Virus record (IMG/VR): IMGVR_UViG_3300042356_000801
Location: 27,170 to 91,169 of that record
Length of the DNA stretch: 64,000 nt
Strand: one strand, 5' to 3'
From: a virus
Shown: in pieces, positions 29,188 to 39,204 of the stretch
How the letters are laid out: each line of letters begins with the position of its first letter
Position numbering within the stretch: position 1 is the stretch's first letter
The notes under the pieces: generated by a model
Database searches by the model: none
What the model was told of the DNA's origin: nothing
What the model saw: the letters and a program-made list of their open reading frames with translations, nothing else
Made by a program: the position numbers and the translations under genes

Positions 29188-32100
29188 ATGACGGGTACGT
29201 TTAAGACTAAAACAAGAGTCTATACATCACCTGAATTTTTTACCCCGATAACGGGCCGAAAGAGTTTTACAGACGCCGCTATCGACTTTAGACGCGGGCT
29301 TATAGAGAACTCTTCCATGGCCGTTCTTAATGCTGACCTTTCTGTAAAGGCCGCAATGGGGGCGGGTCTTTCTGCTTCTGCTTCATCCATAGGGCAATCG
29401 TCTCAAGGAACATCTCCAAATACTGACGGTAAAAAGCGTGTCAACAAAGGCGGCGTTCCGGGGATGGTTGAGGACGAGCGTGGATTTAGGTACATGCCCG
29501 ATGCAACATGGGGTCCAGACAAAGTTCTCAAACTGTTTCCTTCTCCAGAAGAAAGACAGTCTTCTAATAAAGTTCCAAACTTTGGTTTTGTAGACAGAGA
29601 ACCAATTTTTACTCCTCAACAGTTTGTTGAACAGATGGAGAAAAAACCCAAAATCAGGATGTCTAAGTACAAAATAAATACACGTACTGGCGAACCCATA
29701 GAAGACACTGAAGTTGAGTTTGACCGAATGAGGTTTGGTAAAACTTTTAAAGTAAACCCAGACATCTCTAACGAAATAGAAGAAGACATATCTGACGAAA
29801 CATCAGGAGAAATGCAAGAGAAGAGTCTTGGCTCGACCCTGAAGCAAAGAATGCCAGGTGCAACTATTGCTGGTAGAGCAGCCGCTCGCTTTGGTGTGAT
29901 TATGGATGAGCTTGGGAAGATGCGTTGTCCTCCTGGGACTCCAGCGGCAAACCAATTCACTGACATGACAGGTTCTAACTGTTTTGGAATAACTCCAGGA
30001 AATATGATTTCTGAGGCAATCAACCTTGCGCAAAGACTAATTCCATCCGATGATTCAAGACGTACTGATGGTTTTACCAGAGGGGTAGCCAACTTCTTCT
30101 TCGACATGGAGAATGGCATATTTGGCAACAACGTCTGGTATCACCCAGACGGAACCAGAATGAAGCATGGTGAATGGCGTAAGTTCCGTGAAGCTAACGG
30201 TGTTGCAAGAAACGAACGCTGGATGGTCAACGGCGTTGAGCGTGTTTATGCAGAGATTGACGCTCAAGAGGCGCGCTTGACCGACCTTTATCAAAAGCTT
30301 GACATTGATACAAGAGACAGCAGAAAAGCAACAAACGAACATCTATACGAGGCGTTTGAAAAACTAGAACAATCAGGCGTTATAACGGCAAAGATTGAAG
30401 GCAGGCCTACTGAGGCTGATGTTGAAGCAATGATGACTTCACGCCTAAAAAATACCGACGCACACTGGAACACTCGCTCGAATGAAGAAAAAGCACTGTT
30501 TCTCAAAATTGAAATTCAAAGATATAGAGAGCTTGAGCGTGCGCACCTTGAGGCTTTCCTTGATGAGGTAATCAAAAATCCTGAACACATGAAGTCTATC
30601 CGGGCAGTAAGAATGCATCCAACCGGCAAAGACAGAGCTTCGTATGGCATAGACGGCATAGACAGAAGAACCAATATGCCTTACGGTTCAATCAATATAG
30701 ACATACCTAAATCAATGGAATTTGAAGACTCTCTTCTTCCAGCTCTCTCCCCTGATGAAAGACTCAGAATATGGGCAGAAGGAGGGATGTCTGAGGCACT
30801 CAGGTCTTCCACTGTAAAAGATTTCCTTGTTAACTCAAACGCCTATGCCGGTCAGATGATAGCAATGGTCGACGGCGGTCGTGGTCTTGGCCGCCATGAT
30901 ATGAAGCACGAGATAGCTCACTCGATTCAGGCTGCAGCCATTTTTGAACACATGAAGAGAGAACTTGATGCTAGGGGTTCTCTTGTTATGAACACCAAGA
31001 ATGGACCCAAGACCATTACAAGTGTTGCCGAACTCGATAACGACATGCTTGCTGCATTAATGATAAATGAAAACTATATGGGGATTGACCTCGATTCATT
31101 AAAAAGCCTCCGTTCTAGAGGGGACATTGTTGCGTTGTTGGGGGGTAAATATATTGATGACGTTGACAATCAATATGATGGCAAAAGGCGTGCTGCTGAA
31201 ATAGGTGCAGAAATATGGGCACTTCGAAGCGCAGGTTTAATATTCGGAGATGACGTAGACGCGGCTCTTGAGTACATGGACGATGTTGCTTCTGGAAAAA
31301 TAACAGCAGACAGAACAGTTGCAGACAGCGTTCTTACTAGAAGAGTTTACGATGACCATTTAGACGGTACCAGGAGAGTTCGTGAAGCTAGAGAAGCCCG
31401 CGAAGCTGCTGAAGAAGCAGCAAGGCTGGCCGAAAGTGCAGATACTCCAGATGAAGAATTTTTTGATGCTGATACCAGGGCTGCAGAAGACAGGATGTCT
31501 GATGCCAGGGAGGCATATGCTCTAGAAAAACGTGCAGAAGTAAAAACCACAAAAGAACAAGCCAAGACAATGACAGAAGAAGAGATGATTGATTTTCTCT
31601 CTTATTCAACAGAAGGTTCTGACGCTCTTACGGAAATGCTTGATGCAGCCGGAGAGGCCGGTGAAGAGCCGGACTGGATGAGCGTCATGGATAGGGACAC
31701 TCTTGATGCGCAGTCAAAATCCGTAATAGATGAGTGGGTAAAGCGCTTTACAGTTAGAAGAAGTCCTGAAGCCTTAGAAAAACTATTAAATATGGTTGAC
31801 GACAAGCGTGAATCAAGAGGAACACTTTCTCCTGAAAAAATAGAAGAACGTCGTCATCGTGAATACCTAGAGGGTGCTACGGAACGAGCAAAGGACTTGG
31901 ACTTAGAGGACCTCGTTGAGTTCTCTTCAAACTGGGAAGAACTTGCTTCATCCGAAGGGATTGAGGCTCCAGAGCGCACTCGTAGAAAAGAAGCACGCGA
32001 CATGTACAGGGATGAGTACATCAAGAGAAGAACAGAAGGCCCTGATTCTGTTTCTAGAGAAGATGCCCGCAAAGAGTTTAATGCAAAATTAAAAGAACTG

Positions 32101-35100
32101 CGCAAGCCAAAAACTACTGCTGAACGCAAAAAACGAGACAGGGTTAAGCCAAAGAAGTTCAATAGCCACAAAGGCAAGGATGGGGCACACACTTTTGCCA
32201 CACAAGAAAGAGCTCGCCTACTGGAAGGCGCAACAACAGCAGAAAAGATTGCTTTTGTTGAAATGGGCAGTGGTGAAACCGATGTAATAAACATGATGGC
32301 CGGCCATTCTGAAGGAATGGCTTCTGCACGAGCAATACAAAGAAGAAATACTCGCCTTAAAAAAAATGGCATCCTGCCTGATGGCCTCAATCAACACGAG
32401 GCTTCAGTAGAGGAACAAGTAGAAAACTTCTATATTCCACTTCTTGAGCTGATGGATAAATCTTCACTATCTCAGATGGTGGAAATGCACCTAGACGGTA
32501 ATGAGGATTCTGGACTATATATAGAAGACCTGCTTAGCGGTAATGCCCCAGAATTTACTATGGGTATAGGCACCGGAACCTTAGTAACAAACAAAACAGA
32601 TTTTTCTGACGGCAAGAAGATAGTAATCCGCGTGCCAGCAGGAAGCAGAGCTTTATTACCTGACTGGTCATATCGTTCCGACTCCGACGACGGAGAACAG
32701 AAGATAATGATTCCTCCTTCAAAGCTTCACCTTGTTGAGATTCGCGATGATGGAACTGTTGTTCTTGAAGTCGGCGAACAGATGGGAACAGAAGCAACGT
32801 TAAAAACTGCAATAGAAGAAATAGGTCCTGGAAACGGTGGAGCAGGAGATGTTGCCTATAGGACAGGTCTTCAGAAAAAACTAAACAAAGTTGTCGACAA
32901 AAGAATCACAGAGCGCCGCCGACAGGGGATGTTCGACCCCGATAGTAAGTCTCCAATTGAGGAAGAAAGATTCAGCACAACAGCAGACACTGCTGCAACT
33001 GGTGCTGGGTTTATGCCGGATAGGCCTCCTTCTGCTCCAAGTCGTGCCACCACCGATAGGGGCGACATAGGAACTGGCGACTACGATGACGATTTAAGCC
33101 CAGCTGAGCGCAGATTCCAAAGGGAAGAAAGAAACAGAAGAAGAGGAAACCCAAGACTTTCTTCTGGAGCTGATACTGAAAAACTTGTTTCAATATCTGG
33201 TCCGCAAGATGCTCGCAGGGTTATTGATAGCAACCTGCCAGCATCAGTTAGAACTGAAAAAGAAGCATATACCATTTTGACTGAACTTGCAAAAATGGCT
33301 AGGGAAGCCAAGGCAAAAGGGAAAGACGCTCCTAATTACGATTTTTGCAAAGTTTCTATTCCGGGAACAAACCTATTTTGCGGTGACTCTAAGGGAATTC
33401 CTAGAAAAAAAATGCCTCAGTTTAGTGGGAAGCCAACTCCTGGTTCACCAGCAGATTCAAGACCCAAAGATAAAGATGGCGGGGTCGACGGCACGCAAGA
33501 CTTTATTAAACACATGGAAGGACTGGGAGTAAAAGTCGAAGAAAAAGAAGTTCTTGCGTCAACGTTAAGAGCATCCCAGAATGAACTAGTTGGAGAAAAA
33601 GTCGCAGGGATGATGACCAATGAGAACTTTGACCCTGCAGGTGAACCAATTTTTGTTAGCCGAGATGGTTATGTTATTGACGGTCATCATAGATGGGCCG
33701 CCCAAGTTGGTCGAGACCTTGAAGACGGAAACCTTGGTGACCTTCCATTAAACGTAAAAGTTGTGGACATGGACATCTTGGAAGTTCTTGAAGAAGCAAA
33801 CAAATTTGCTCAAGAGTTTGGTATTGCTCCCAAAACAGCAGGAAACGACGCGGCCCAAAACAGGTTATCTTCTGGTGCCAAATGGGGGCAGATGCCTTCA
33901 AACAATCAACAACTTGCTCGCCTTCTTGAGCCATCAAATAATGATGGCTTCAACGAAATATACGGCCCTCCACAGACACGCCAAGAAAGAATCACCCAGA
34001 TGGCTGAGATGCAGTCAGAAGTGATGACTTCTCTGCGTGAAATGTTTGACAACGTTCCAGGAGCAGGAGATTCTCTTGGACTTGACCTGAACCACATAGA
34101 CCCATACCTTGTTGACTTCATTAAGAATTCTTCAGATGAAGAAATTTATGAACTTATTTCTCAATCCGCAAAAAACCTTCATGAGAGTTTTGACGCACGA
34201 CCACGAGTGCGCATGAGGCAAGACGAGCTTGATGGGTTTGCCGCTAGCGGCAGGTACGGAAGAGAAAAATCTTTTAATAACGAGCGTTTCTCTTCTGGTC
34301 TTGTAAAAAAGGGTATAAAAGCAAGGGCCAAAGAACGTGCCATAGAAATAATTGCCGACAGAATTGGCATGGATGAAGACTCACGCGAAGTGGCAGAGAT
34401 GGTGTTCAATACGGCCTCTGCACTCAAGTACGGCCCAGAAGCAGCACTTACTCGCTTGGCTATAGACCTCGGAAGAAGAGGAAGCAGAGAACTTGCAGAA
34501 AAAACCGTAGAAGAACTTGTTAAGCGAGGAAAAATAACCGACGAACAAGCAAAATCTATTCTTTCAAAACTGGACAAGGTTGCACCAGAAGGACTTCCAG
34601 AACCATTAAAGCGCGGTGTTGGAAGAGCAGCAAGAGCAACAGCAGATGCTATTGATACTCCAGAGAACAGAGAGCGCTTAGAAAATGCCCGTGAAGCAGT
34701 CGGAGAAGCCGCTGGAAGAGCGAGAGAAGCGGTTGGTGAAGGTGCCCGCAATATTGCTGAGCGTGGCCGTGAGAGGCTTAGGAAGCTCCGTGAAAGAGAC
34801 GATGCCGGAAGTCTACCTTCTGCACCGGAAGATGTACCGTTTGGTGATTTTGACCCAGCAGATGCTCCCGTAGGAAGACTTGCTAGCGGAAGAAGATTGG
34901 ATAGAAGAGTTTCTGGTTCGGATAATGGTCGCGAACGCATTATGGAAGGCGCAAACGTAACTCGCACCCGCCTAAGTAGTGGTGAGACGCCAAAGATAGA
35001 CAAGCCGAAGAAGCCAAGCAGGCCAAGAGACCCCGACAACGGACCAATGACTGGAAAGTTCATTGACATATTCCGTGGCGTTAAGTCATATCAAGAAATG

Positions 35101-37941
35101 CTTGACAGATATAACGAGCAAGAAGTTATTTTCTTTGACTACGAGACAACAGGTTTTAGCCCTACGGACGATAGGCCTGTTCAGATTGGTGCAGTAAAAA
35201 TGAAGGGCGGGAAAGTCGTTGAAAGATTCAATGTTTTTGTTAACCCCGAAAAAGAACTTAGCGACTGGTCAAAGGAAAATCTACTTAATGCTGACGGTAA
35301 ACCTCTAACCAACGACTGGTTATCAGGTCAATCTTCAGTCAACGAAGGCCACCAGCAGCTTATTGACTTCTTTGGCCCTGATGCCCTCCTTGGTGGACAG
35401 TACACGCCTTTTGACCTTGGCTTCCTTGAAGAGTCACTAAAGAACGCAGGAATTGAGTGGACCCCTGCTGGAGTCATAGACAGCAAGGCCCTTGCTGATG
35501 AACTTCTTCCAAGATGGACAGCAGATGGCGGAGATGGTCCTTTTGCTCTTAACCCAGATGGCACAAAGTACGCAACAAATAGCCTTGGACCGCTTTCTGA
35601 TTATCTTGAAGTCGAACTGACAGCATGGCATACAGCAGACGCAGACTCTGAAGCGTCAGCAATGATTGTCCAAAAGATACTTGAGCGTGCAGCAGAAAGA
35701 GAAGACACTCCAAAACATCTTCTTGATGTTGACAACCTTCCATCTGTTGTTGCTGAACGCAGGGCTAGACACAAGCTCGACATGGACAAGTACTTTGCCG
35801 ACCTAAAGCAGTACAAGGTTGACAATGAAGCATACGAAGCTTCTCAAACCGGAGAAAGACTTTCTTCGGGAGCAACCATGGATGACAAACTAGGGAAGAC
35901 TGTCGGTATTGACGAACTTCTTGCCGACCCAACAATGGCTGAAGAATTACGCAAAAGAAGCGCGGACATAAAAGCACTTTCTGACAGGGAAAGAGCACAA
36001 AGATTTACCGACCCTAACGACCCAGACTCTATCTATGTAATTCACTTTGGAGCGAGCCAATTAGAAGGCGGCCAAATAGACCCTGCTCGTTCGCGAGGGC
36101 AGGTGGGTTCAAACGTCCCTGCGGCAGGAAATACACGTTTGGTAAATGACCAGACAGCCAGATATATGGTTGGATTACGCAATACCGCAAGACGAGACCT
36201 GTCTATTCTGGAAGAAATAAAACGTCAAATGGAGACTGATGGAGTTGTTGACTTTGAGGCGATAGCAAGAACAGACCCGAAAGACTCCATGAGGGCGGGA
36301 AGAGCAAAAATATTGCTTGGTGTTAAACGTACTGACCGTGACTACGAGCGTTCAACGTTCACGCCTCCTTACTGGAACCCTGAAAATTTTGACGCTCAAA
36401 TCGCAAGCGAAAACAGAACCCTATCTAGTCTTGACAAGGTTGCCGACCAGTTAATTGCAGACGACTACCAGTACACGAGTACATACAGGGCTTCTGGATT
36501 ACGAGATTTACGGAGCTCTTACGGAGGGAGGTACGCAGAAGGCGGCTCTACAGAATGGGGCGACAACTCGCCGCGCTCGTCAACTACCGGTATTCACATA
36601 TTAAAAGTAAAAGTAGGCGACAACGCGATTGAGCAAAATAGCGTTGGAGAAACTCACCTTGTTGGTAAACACACCCCAGTTGCTTCACTTGTCGTGAGGG
36701 CAGATGATTATGATGATAATCCTGCTAATGACACATGGACCGGATGGATGGATATGGCGATTGAGGCCGACATCAAGAAAGGGTCAGGTGAGAGGCTTTC
36801 TTCCGGTGCAACAGGACGTTCCCCAGGACTAAAAACAAACCGCGACAGACCCATGAGTGAATACGGAATGGACTGGAAGCCTGAGTATTCAGATAAAGAG
36901 TGGGTCAAGCCAGCAAAAAATTGGGAAGGATGGGATGATGTCCCTGTTACTGAAGTTGACTTGTCTTCAGAAATCCGCCCAACAGAGTCACATCTTAAAG
37001 GTTCCTCTATAGACAAAGTCGTATCTGGAGAAGAAGCTTTCAGAGATGGCTACCATCCAAACGTAATCATAGATACCGATGGCAAGATGTACGTATCTGA
37101 CGGACATAACAGAGTTGCAATGCACCGCGCTCTTGGCAATGAAAAGATGACAGCAAGAGTTATCGACCTCCGTACACAAGATGCTCCATGGGGAGACAAG
37201 ACTCCGAATACAGCCGAAACAAGACTTTCTAGCGGAGAAGGCCCACGGTCAGGAAAGCCAAAACGAGCAAAAATGTACAAGGGCTACACATTAAACGAAC
37301 CAGCCAACCCAACTCCAAAACCAGGCGAATACCCAGACGACGTGGTGGAAGCAGCTACCAAGCAAAGGGCAAAAATAGCAGAGGTAGAAGCGGAAATCAC
37401 CAAGCTTCTTATTGACCTTGCCGACAAGAACAAAGCACAGATGGAAGGTCTTGACTTTAGGATGAAAGCCCTCAACTCGCTAATGCGCAAGATAGCCGCA
37501 GAAAAAGACAGCGAGCACGGTGGAGACGCACAAAAAGCAGCAGAAGCGATGTCTGACGTAGTTAGATACACAATGTCCTACGAGCCAGACGACTACGTTG
37601 CCGGCGTCAAGGACGTTATTGCTCAAATGCAAAAACTCGGGTATGACCTGAGGGTAAAAAATTACTGGGAAGCCGACGACCCGTATCAGGGAATCAACGT
37701 CGCGGCAATTCACCCTAACGGAACAAAATTTGAACTTCAGTTCCACACTCCTCAGTCTGTTGCCGATAAAGAGAAGATTCACGCAATCTACGAAGATTAC
37801 AGAACCGAAAAAGACTACCTAAAGCGTCTGGTTATGTACCGAAAAATGGTAAATTTAGCTAACAAGATTGGCGTCCCAATTCCACCAGATGAGCTTATGA
37901 AAATCGGCATCATCAAAACGCAACCATTTACACCGAGGTAA
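29188..37941 (+). CDS. Giant polyvalent head protein 2 (2,917 aa) with RLSSG-delimited enzyme modules
   Basis: Single ORF with AAGGA SD; domains listed below. Confidence 0.85.
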   Translation: MTGTFKTKTRVYTSPEFFTPITGRKSFTDAAIDFRRGLIENSSMAVLNADLSVKAAMGAGLSASASSIGQSSQGTSPNTDGKKRVNKGGVPGMVEDERGFRYMPDATWGPDKVLKLFPSPEERQSSNKVPNFGFVDREPIFTPQQFVEQMEKKPKIRMSKYKINTRTGEPIEDTEVEFDRMRFGKTFKVNPDISNEIEEDISDETSGEMQEKSLGSTLKQRMPGATIAGRAAARFGVIMDELGKMRCPPGTPAANQFTDMTGSNCFGITPGNMISEAINLAQRLIPSDDSRRTDGFTRGVANFFFDMENGIFGNNVWYHPDGTRMKHGEWRKFREANGVARNERWMVNGVERVYAEIDAQEARLTDLYQKLDIDTRDSRKATNEHLYEAFEKLEQSGVITAKIEGRPTEADVEAMMTSRLKNTDAHWNTRSNEEKALFLKIEIQRYRELERAHLEAFLDEVIKNPEHMKSIRAVRMHPTGKDRASYGIDGIDRRTNMPYGSINIDIPKSMEFEDSLLPALSPDERLRIWAEGGMSEALRSSTVKDFLVNSNAYAGQMIAMVDGGRGLGRHDMKHEIAHSIQAAAIFEHMKRELDARGSLVMNTKNGPKTITSVAELDNDMLAALMINENYMGIDLDSLKSLRSRGDIVALLGGKYIDDVDNQYDGKRRAAEIGAEIWALRSAGLIFGDDVDAALEYMDDVASGKITADRTVADSVLTRRVYDDHLDGTRRVREAREAREAAEEAARLAESADTPDEEFFDADTRAAEDRMSDAREAYALEKRAEVKTTKEQAKTMTEEEMIDFLSYSTEGSDALTEMLDAAGEAGEEPDWMSVMDRDTLDAQSKSVIDEWVKRFTVRRSPEALEKLLNMVDDKRESRGTLSPEKIEERRHREYLEGATERAKDLDLEDLVEFSSNWEELASSEGIEAPERTRRKEARDMYRDEYIKRRTEGPDSVSREDARKEFNAKLKELRKPKTTAERKKRDRVKPKKFNSHKGKDGAHTFATQERARLLEGATTAEKIAFVEMGSGETDVINMMAGHSEGMASARAIQRRNTRLKKNGILPDGLNQHEASVEEQVENFYIPLLELMDKSSLSQMVEMHLDGNEDSGLYIEDLLSGNAPEFTMGIGTGTLVTNKTDFSDGKKIVIRVPAGSRALLPDWSYRSDSDDGEQKIMIPPSKLHLVEIRDDGTVVLEVGEQMGTEATLKTAIEEIGPGNGGAGDVAYRTGLQKKLNKVVDKRITERRRQGMFDPDSKSPIEEERFSTTADTAATGAGFMPDRPPSAPSRATTDRGDIGTGDYDDDLSPAERRFQREERNRRRGNPRLSSGADTEKLVSISGPQDARRVIDSNLPASVRTEKEAYTILTELAKMAREAKAKGKDAPNYDFCKVSIPGTNLFCGDSKGIPRKKMPQFSGKPTPGSPADSRPKDKDGGVDGTQDFIKHMEGLGVKVEEKEVLASTLRASQNELVGEKVAGMMTNENFDPAGEPIFVSRDGYVIDGHHRWAAQVGRDLEDGNLGDLPLNVKVVDMDILEVLEEANKFAQEFGIAPKTAGNDAAQNRLSSGAKWGQMPSNNQQLARLLEPSNNDGFNEIYGPPQTRQERITQMAEMQSEVMTSLREMFDNVPGAGDSLGLDLNHIDPYLVDFIKNSSDEEIYELISQSAKNLHESFDARPRVRMRQDELDGFAASGRYGREKSFNNERFSSGLVKKGIKARAKERAIEIIADRIGMDEDSREVAEMVFNTASALKYGPEAALTRLAIDLGRRGSRELAEKTVEELVKRGKITDEQAKSILSKLDKVAPEGLPEPLKRGVGRAARATADAIDTPENRERLENAREAVGEAAGRAREAVGEGARNIAERGRERLRKLRERDDAGSLPSAPEDVPFGDFDPADAPVGRLASGRRLDRRVSGSDNGRERIMEGANVTRTRLSSGETPKIDKPKKPSRPRDPDNGPMTGKFIDIFRGVKSYQEMLDRYNEQEVIFFDYETTGFSPTDDRPVQIGAVKMKGGKVVERFNVFVNPEKELSDWSKENLLNADGKPLTNDWLSGQSSVNEGHQQLIDFFGPDALLGGQYTPFDLGFLEESLKNAGIEWTPAGVIDSKALADELLPRWTADGGDGPFALNPDGTKYATNSLGPLSDYLEVELTAWHTADADSEASAMIVQKILERAAEREDTPKHLLDVDNLPSVVAERRARHKLDMDKYFADLKQYKVDNEAYEASQTGERLSSGATMDDKLGKTVGIDELLADPTMAEELRKRSADIKALSDRERAQRFTDPNDPDSIYVIHFGASQLEGGQIDPARSRGQVGSNVPAAGNTRLVNDQTARYMVGLRNTARRDLSILEEIKRQMETDGVVDFEAIARTDPKDSMRAGRAKILLGVKRTDRDYERSTFTPPYWNPENFDAQIASENRTLSSLDKVADQLIADDYQYTSTYRASGLRDLRSSYGGRYAEGGSTEWGDNSPRSSTTGIHILKVKVGDNAIEQNSVGETHLVGKHTPVASLVVRADDYDDNPANDTWTGWMDMAIEADIKKGSGERLSSGATGRSPGLKTNRDRPMSEYGMDWKPEYSDKEWVKPAKNWEGWDDVPVTEVDLSSEIRPTESHLKGSSIDKVVSGEEAFRDGYHPNVIIDTDGKMYVSDGHNRVAMHRALGNEKMTARVIDLRTQDAPWGDKTPNTAETRLSSGEGPRSGKPKRAKMYKGYTLNEPANPTPKPGEYPDDVVEAATKQRAKIAEVEAEITKLLIDLADKNKAQMEGLDFRMKALNSLMRKIAAEKDSEHGGDAQKAAEAMSDVVRYTMSYEPDDYVAGVKDVIAQMQKLGYDLRVKNYWEADDPYQGINVAAIHPNGTKFELQFHTPQSVADKEKIHAIYEDYRTEKDYLKRLVMYRKMVNLANKIGVPIPPDELMKIGIIKTQPFTPR
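30880..31260 (+). other. Domain: zincin-like metallopeptidase
   Basis: HEIAH at 30907 and downstream AEIGAE. Confidence 0.55.
33390..33830 (+). other. Domain: ParB/Srx-like #1
   Basis: IPRKKMPQ, LRASQNEL..EKV, PIFVSRDGYVIDGHHRWAA. Confidence 0.8.
35120..35690 (+). other. Domain: DEDDh 3'-5' exonuclease (DnaQ-like)
   Basis: FFDYETTGF, QIGAVK, PFDLGFL, IDS, WHTADADS. Confidence 0.88.
36930..37180 (+). other. Domain: ParB/Srx-like #2
   Basis: IRPTE..L, VII..DGKMYVSDGHNRVAM.RALG...M.ARVID. Confidence 0.75.
37440..37941 (+). other. Domain: RelA/SpoT-like nucleotidyltransferase (small alarmone synthetase-like)
   Basis: RMK..NSL.RK, SDVVRYT, VKNYW, YQGIN, FELQFHT. Confidence 0.8.
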
Positions 37942-37943
37942 TC

Positions 37944-38192
37944 ATGAAAAACAGATTTTTTACAAAAGGCGAAAACGTTAAATTATTTCTACTGTCCATA
38001 GACGAGGGAAAAGAAGAGCTTCGTGAGTGTTTTCTTTCAAATGGCAAATGGGAAGACACATCAGACTTGATGAAAATAATGATTGACGGCTTCAATGGGA
38101 TAGAGGAAATAGACGAAAAAACAGCGTCCGAACTCTACAAGGACAAAGGCTTTGATGAAGCCATGTCTAAATTTGGTGGTTCCGATGGCTGA
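37944..38192 (+). CDS. Small acidic protein; candidate inhibitor of the upstream RelA/SpoT-like domain
   Basis: 82 aa, starts 2 nt after the stop with GAGG SD; role inferred from position. Confidence 0.5.
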   Translation: MKNRFFTKGENVKLFLLSIDEGKEELRECFLSNGKWEDTSDLMKIMIDGFNGIEEIDEKTASELYKDKGFDEAMSKFGGSDG

Positions 38193-39204
38193 CGAAAAAC
38201 CAAAAGAAGAAGAAGCACCAAAGAGGGTTGCTGACGCTGCAAGGCGTGCTTATGAAACACGCATAGGCATAGAGCCTGGAGTCGATGATTCTTTTAGACC
38301 CGTAAGCGGATACCTAGTGAACAGGTCGCAAGACGCCAAAAGAAGGGCGATGCTCAAAAGCAACGTTCCAGAAGGTATGGCTGCGCCGTTTGAGACTTCT
38401 GAAGCAGACCCAGCGGGAACAGACTTGTTGGTTCAGGGCGAAATAGAAGTGATTCTTAAGCCTGGAGTAGCCAAAAGAACTTCATACACAAGAGGCGATG
38501 CCGTGTCTACCGGCGGCAGGGCTGTGTCGATGAACTCGGACCAACAAGAAGACATACTTAACGCCATCATTCATGACGATGGTCCTAATGCTAAAAAGAC
38601 CATGGCAAGAACAATGCTTGGTCTTCTTAAAGCATCCCTGGATGATGATTACTCGGGGGTTAATGCCCTTCCGGATTCTAAAGGGAGACTAACCCCTGTT
38701 GATAAAGATGACCCATCTGCAAACGAAAGACGCAACGAGTCCTACGAGGCGATGATTCTTGGTGGGTTTGACGCAGAAGACGTAGAAGGAATTCACTTTC
38801 CTTATTCAAAAATACAGAAATTAGCCGAAGACGAAAATGTTACTGATTTTATAAATAACAACTTCATTTCTTCACGCCTTAAAAAACTGAACAACAGCGC
38901 GGAGTCGGCCAGGATATTCTCAAGCCTACCCTCGGCATCAGAGATGAAAACTGAATCTATAACAGCCTTGAAGGAATTTAGGGCGGCCAAGAAGATGAAA
39001 AAGATGTACGAAGGAATTGGTGTCGATTACATAAAAATATCGCACCCCAAAGGCATCAACATTGAAGACCCACGGACATACGACAGAAACGCTTCTCCAC
39101 TTGCTGACGTAGAGTCAATACTTAAGGCAAAAATAACAAAAGAGATAGACGAAGAAATACAAAAGTTGTTTAATAAAAAATCCGGCATGAAGGAAGAAAA
39201 GTAA
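38185..39204 (+). CDS. DUF3626-like protein (possible ADP-ribosyltransferase fold)
   Basis: RPVSGYL, GEIEVILK..V.KRTSYT.GD, YEA.ILGG....DVEGI; ATG 38185 preferred over track start. Confidence 0.5.
   Translation: MADEKPKEEEAPKRVADAARRAYETRIGIEPGVDDSFRPVSGYLVNRSQDAKRRAMLKSNVPEGMAAPFETSEADPAGTDLLVQGEIEVILKPGVAKRTSYTRGDAVSTGGRAVSMNSDQQEDILNAIIHDDGPNAKKTMARTMLGLLKASLDDDYSGVNALPDSKGRLTPVDKDDPSANERRNESYEAMILGGFDAEDVEGIHFPYSKIQKLAEDENVTDFINNNFISSRLKKLNNSAESARIFSSLPSASEMKTESITALKEFRAAKKMKKMYEGIGVDYIKISHPKGINIEDPRTYDRNASPLADVESILKAKITKEIDEEIQKLFNKKSGMKEEK

Noticed and set aside
15370-37782. Many antisense and alternate-frame ORFs inside the giant genes
   Set aside because: Shadow ORFs of long coding frames with no recognisable motifs
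14888-37941. Giant ORFs as tape-measure, intein-containing or stop-recoded read-through products
   Set aside because: Globular enzyme motifs rather than tape-measure repeats; no intein splice motifs noticed; frames are open in the standard code and TAA, TAG and TGA all end genes here
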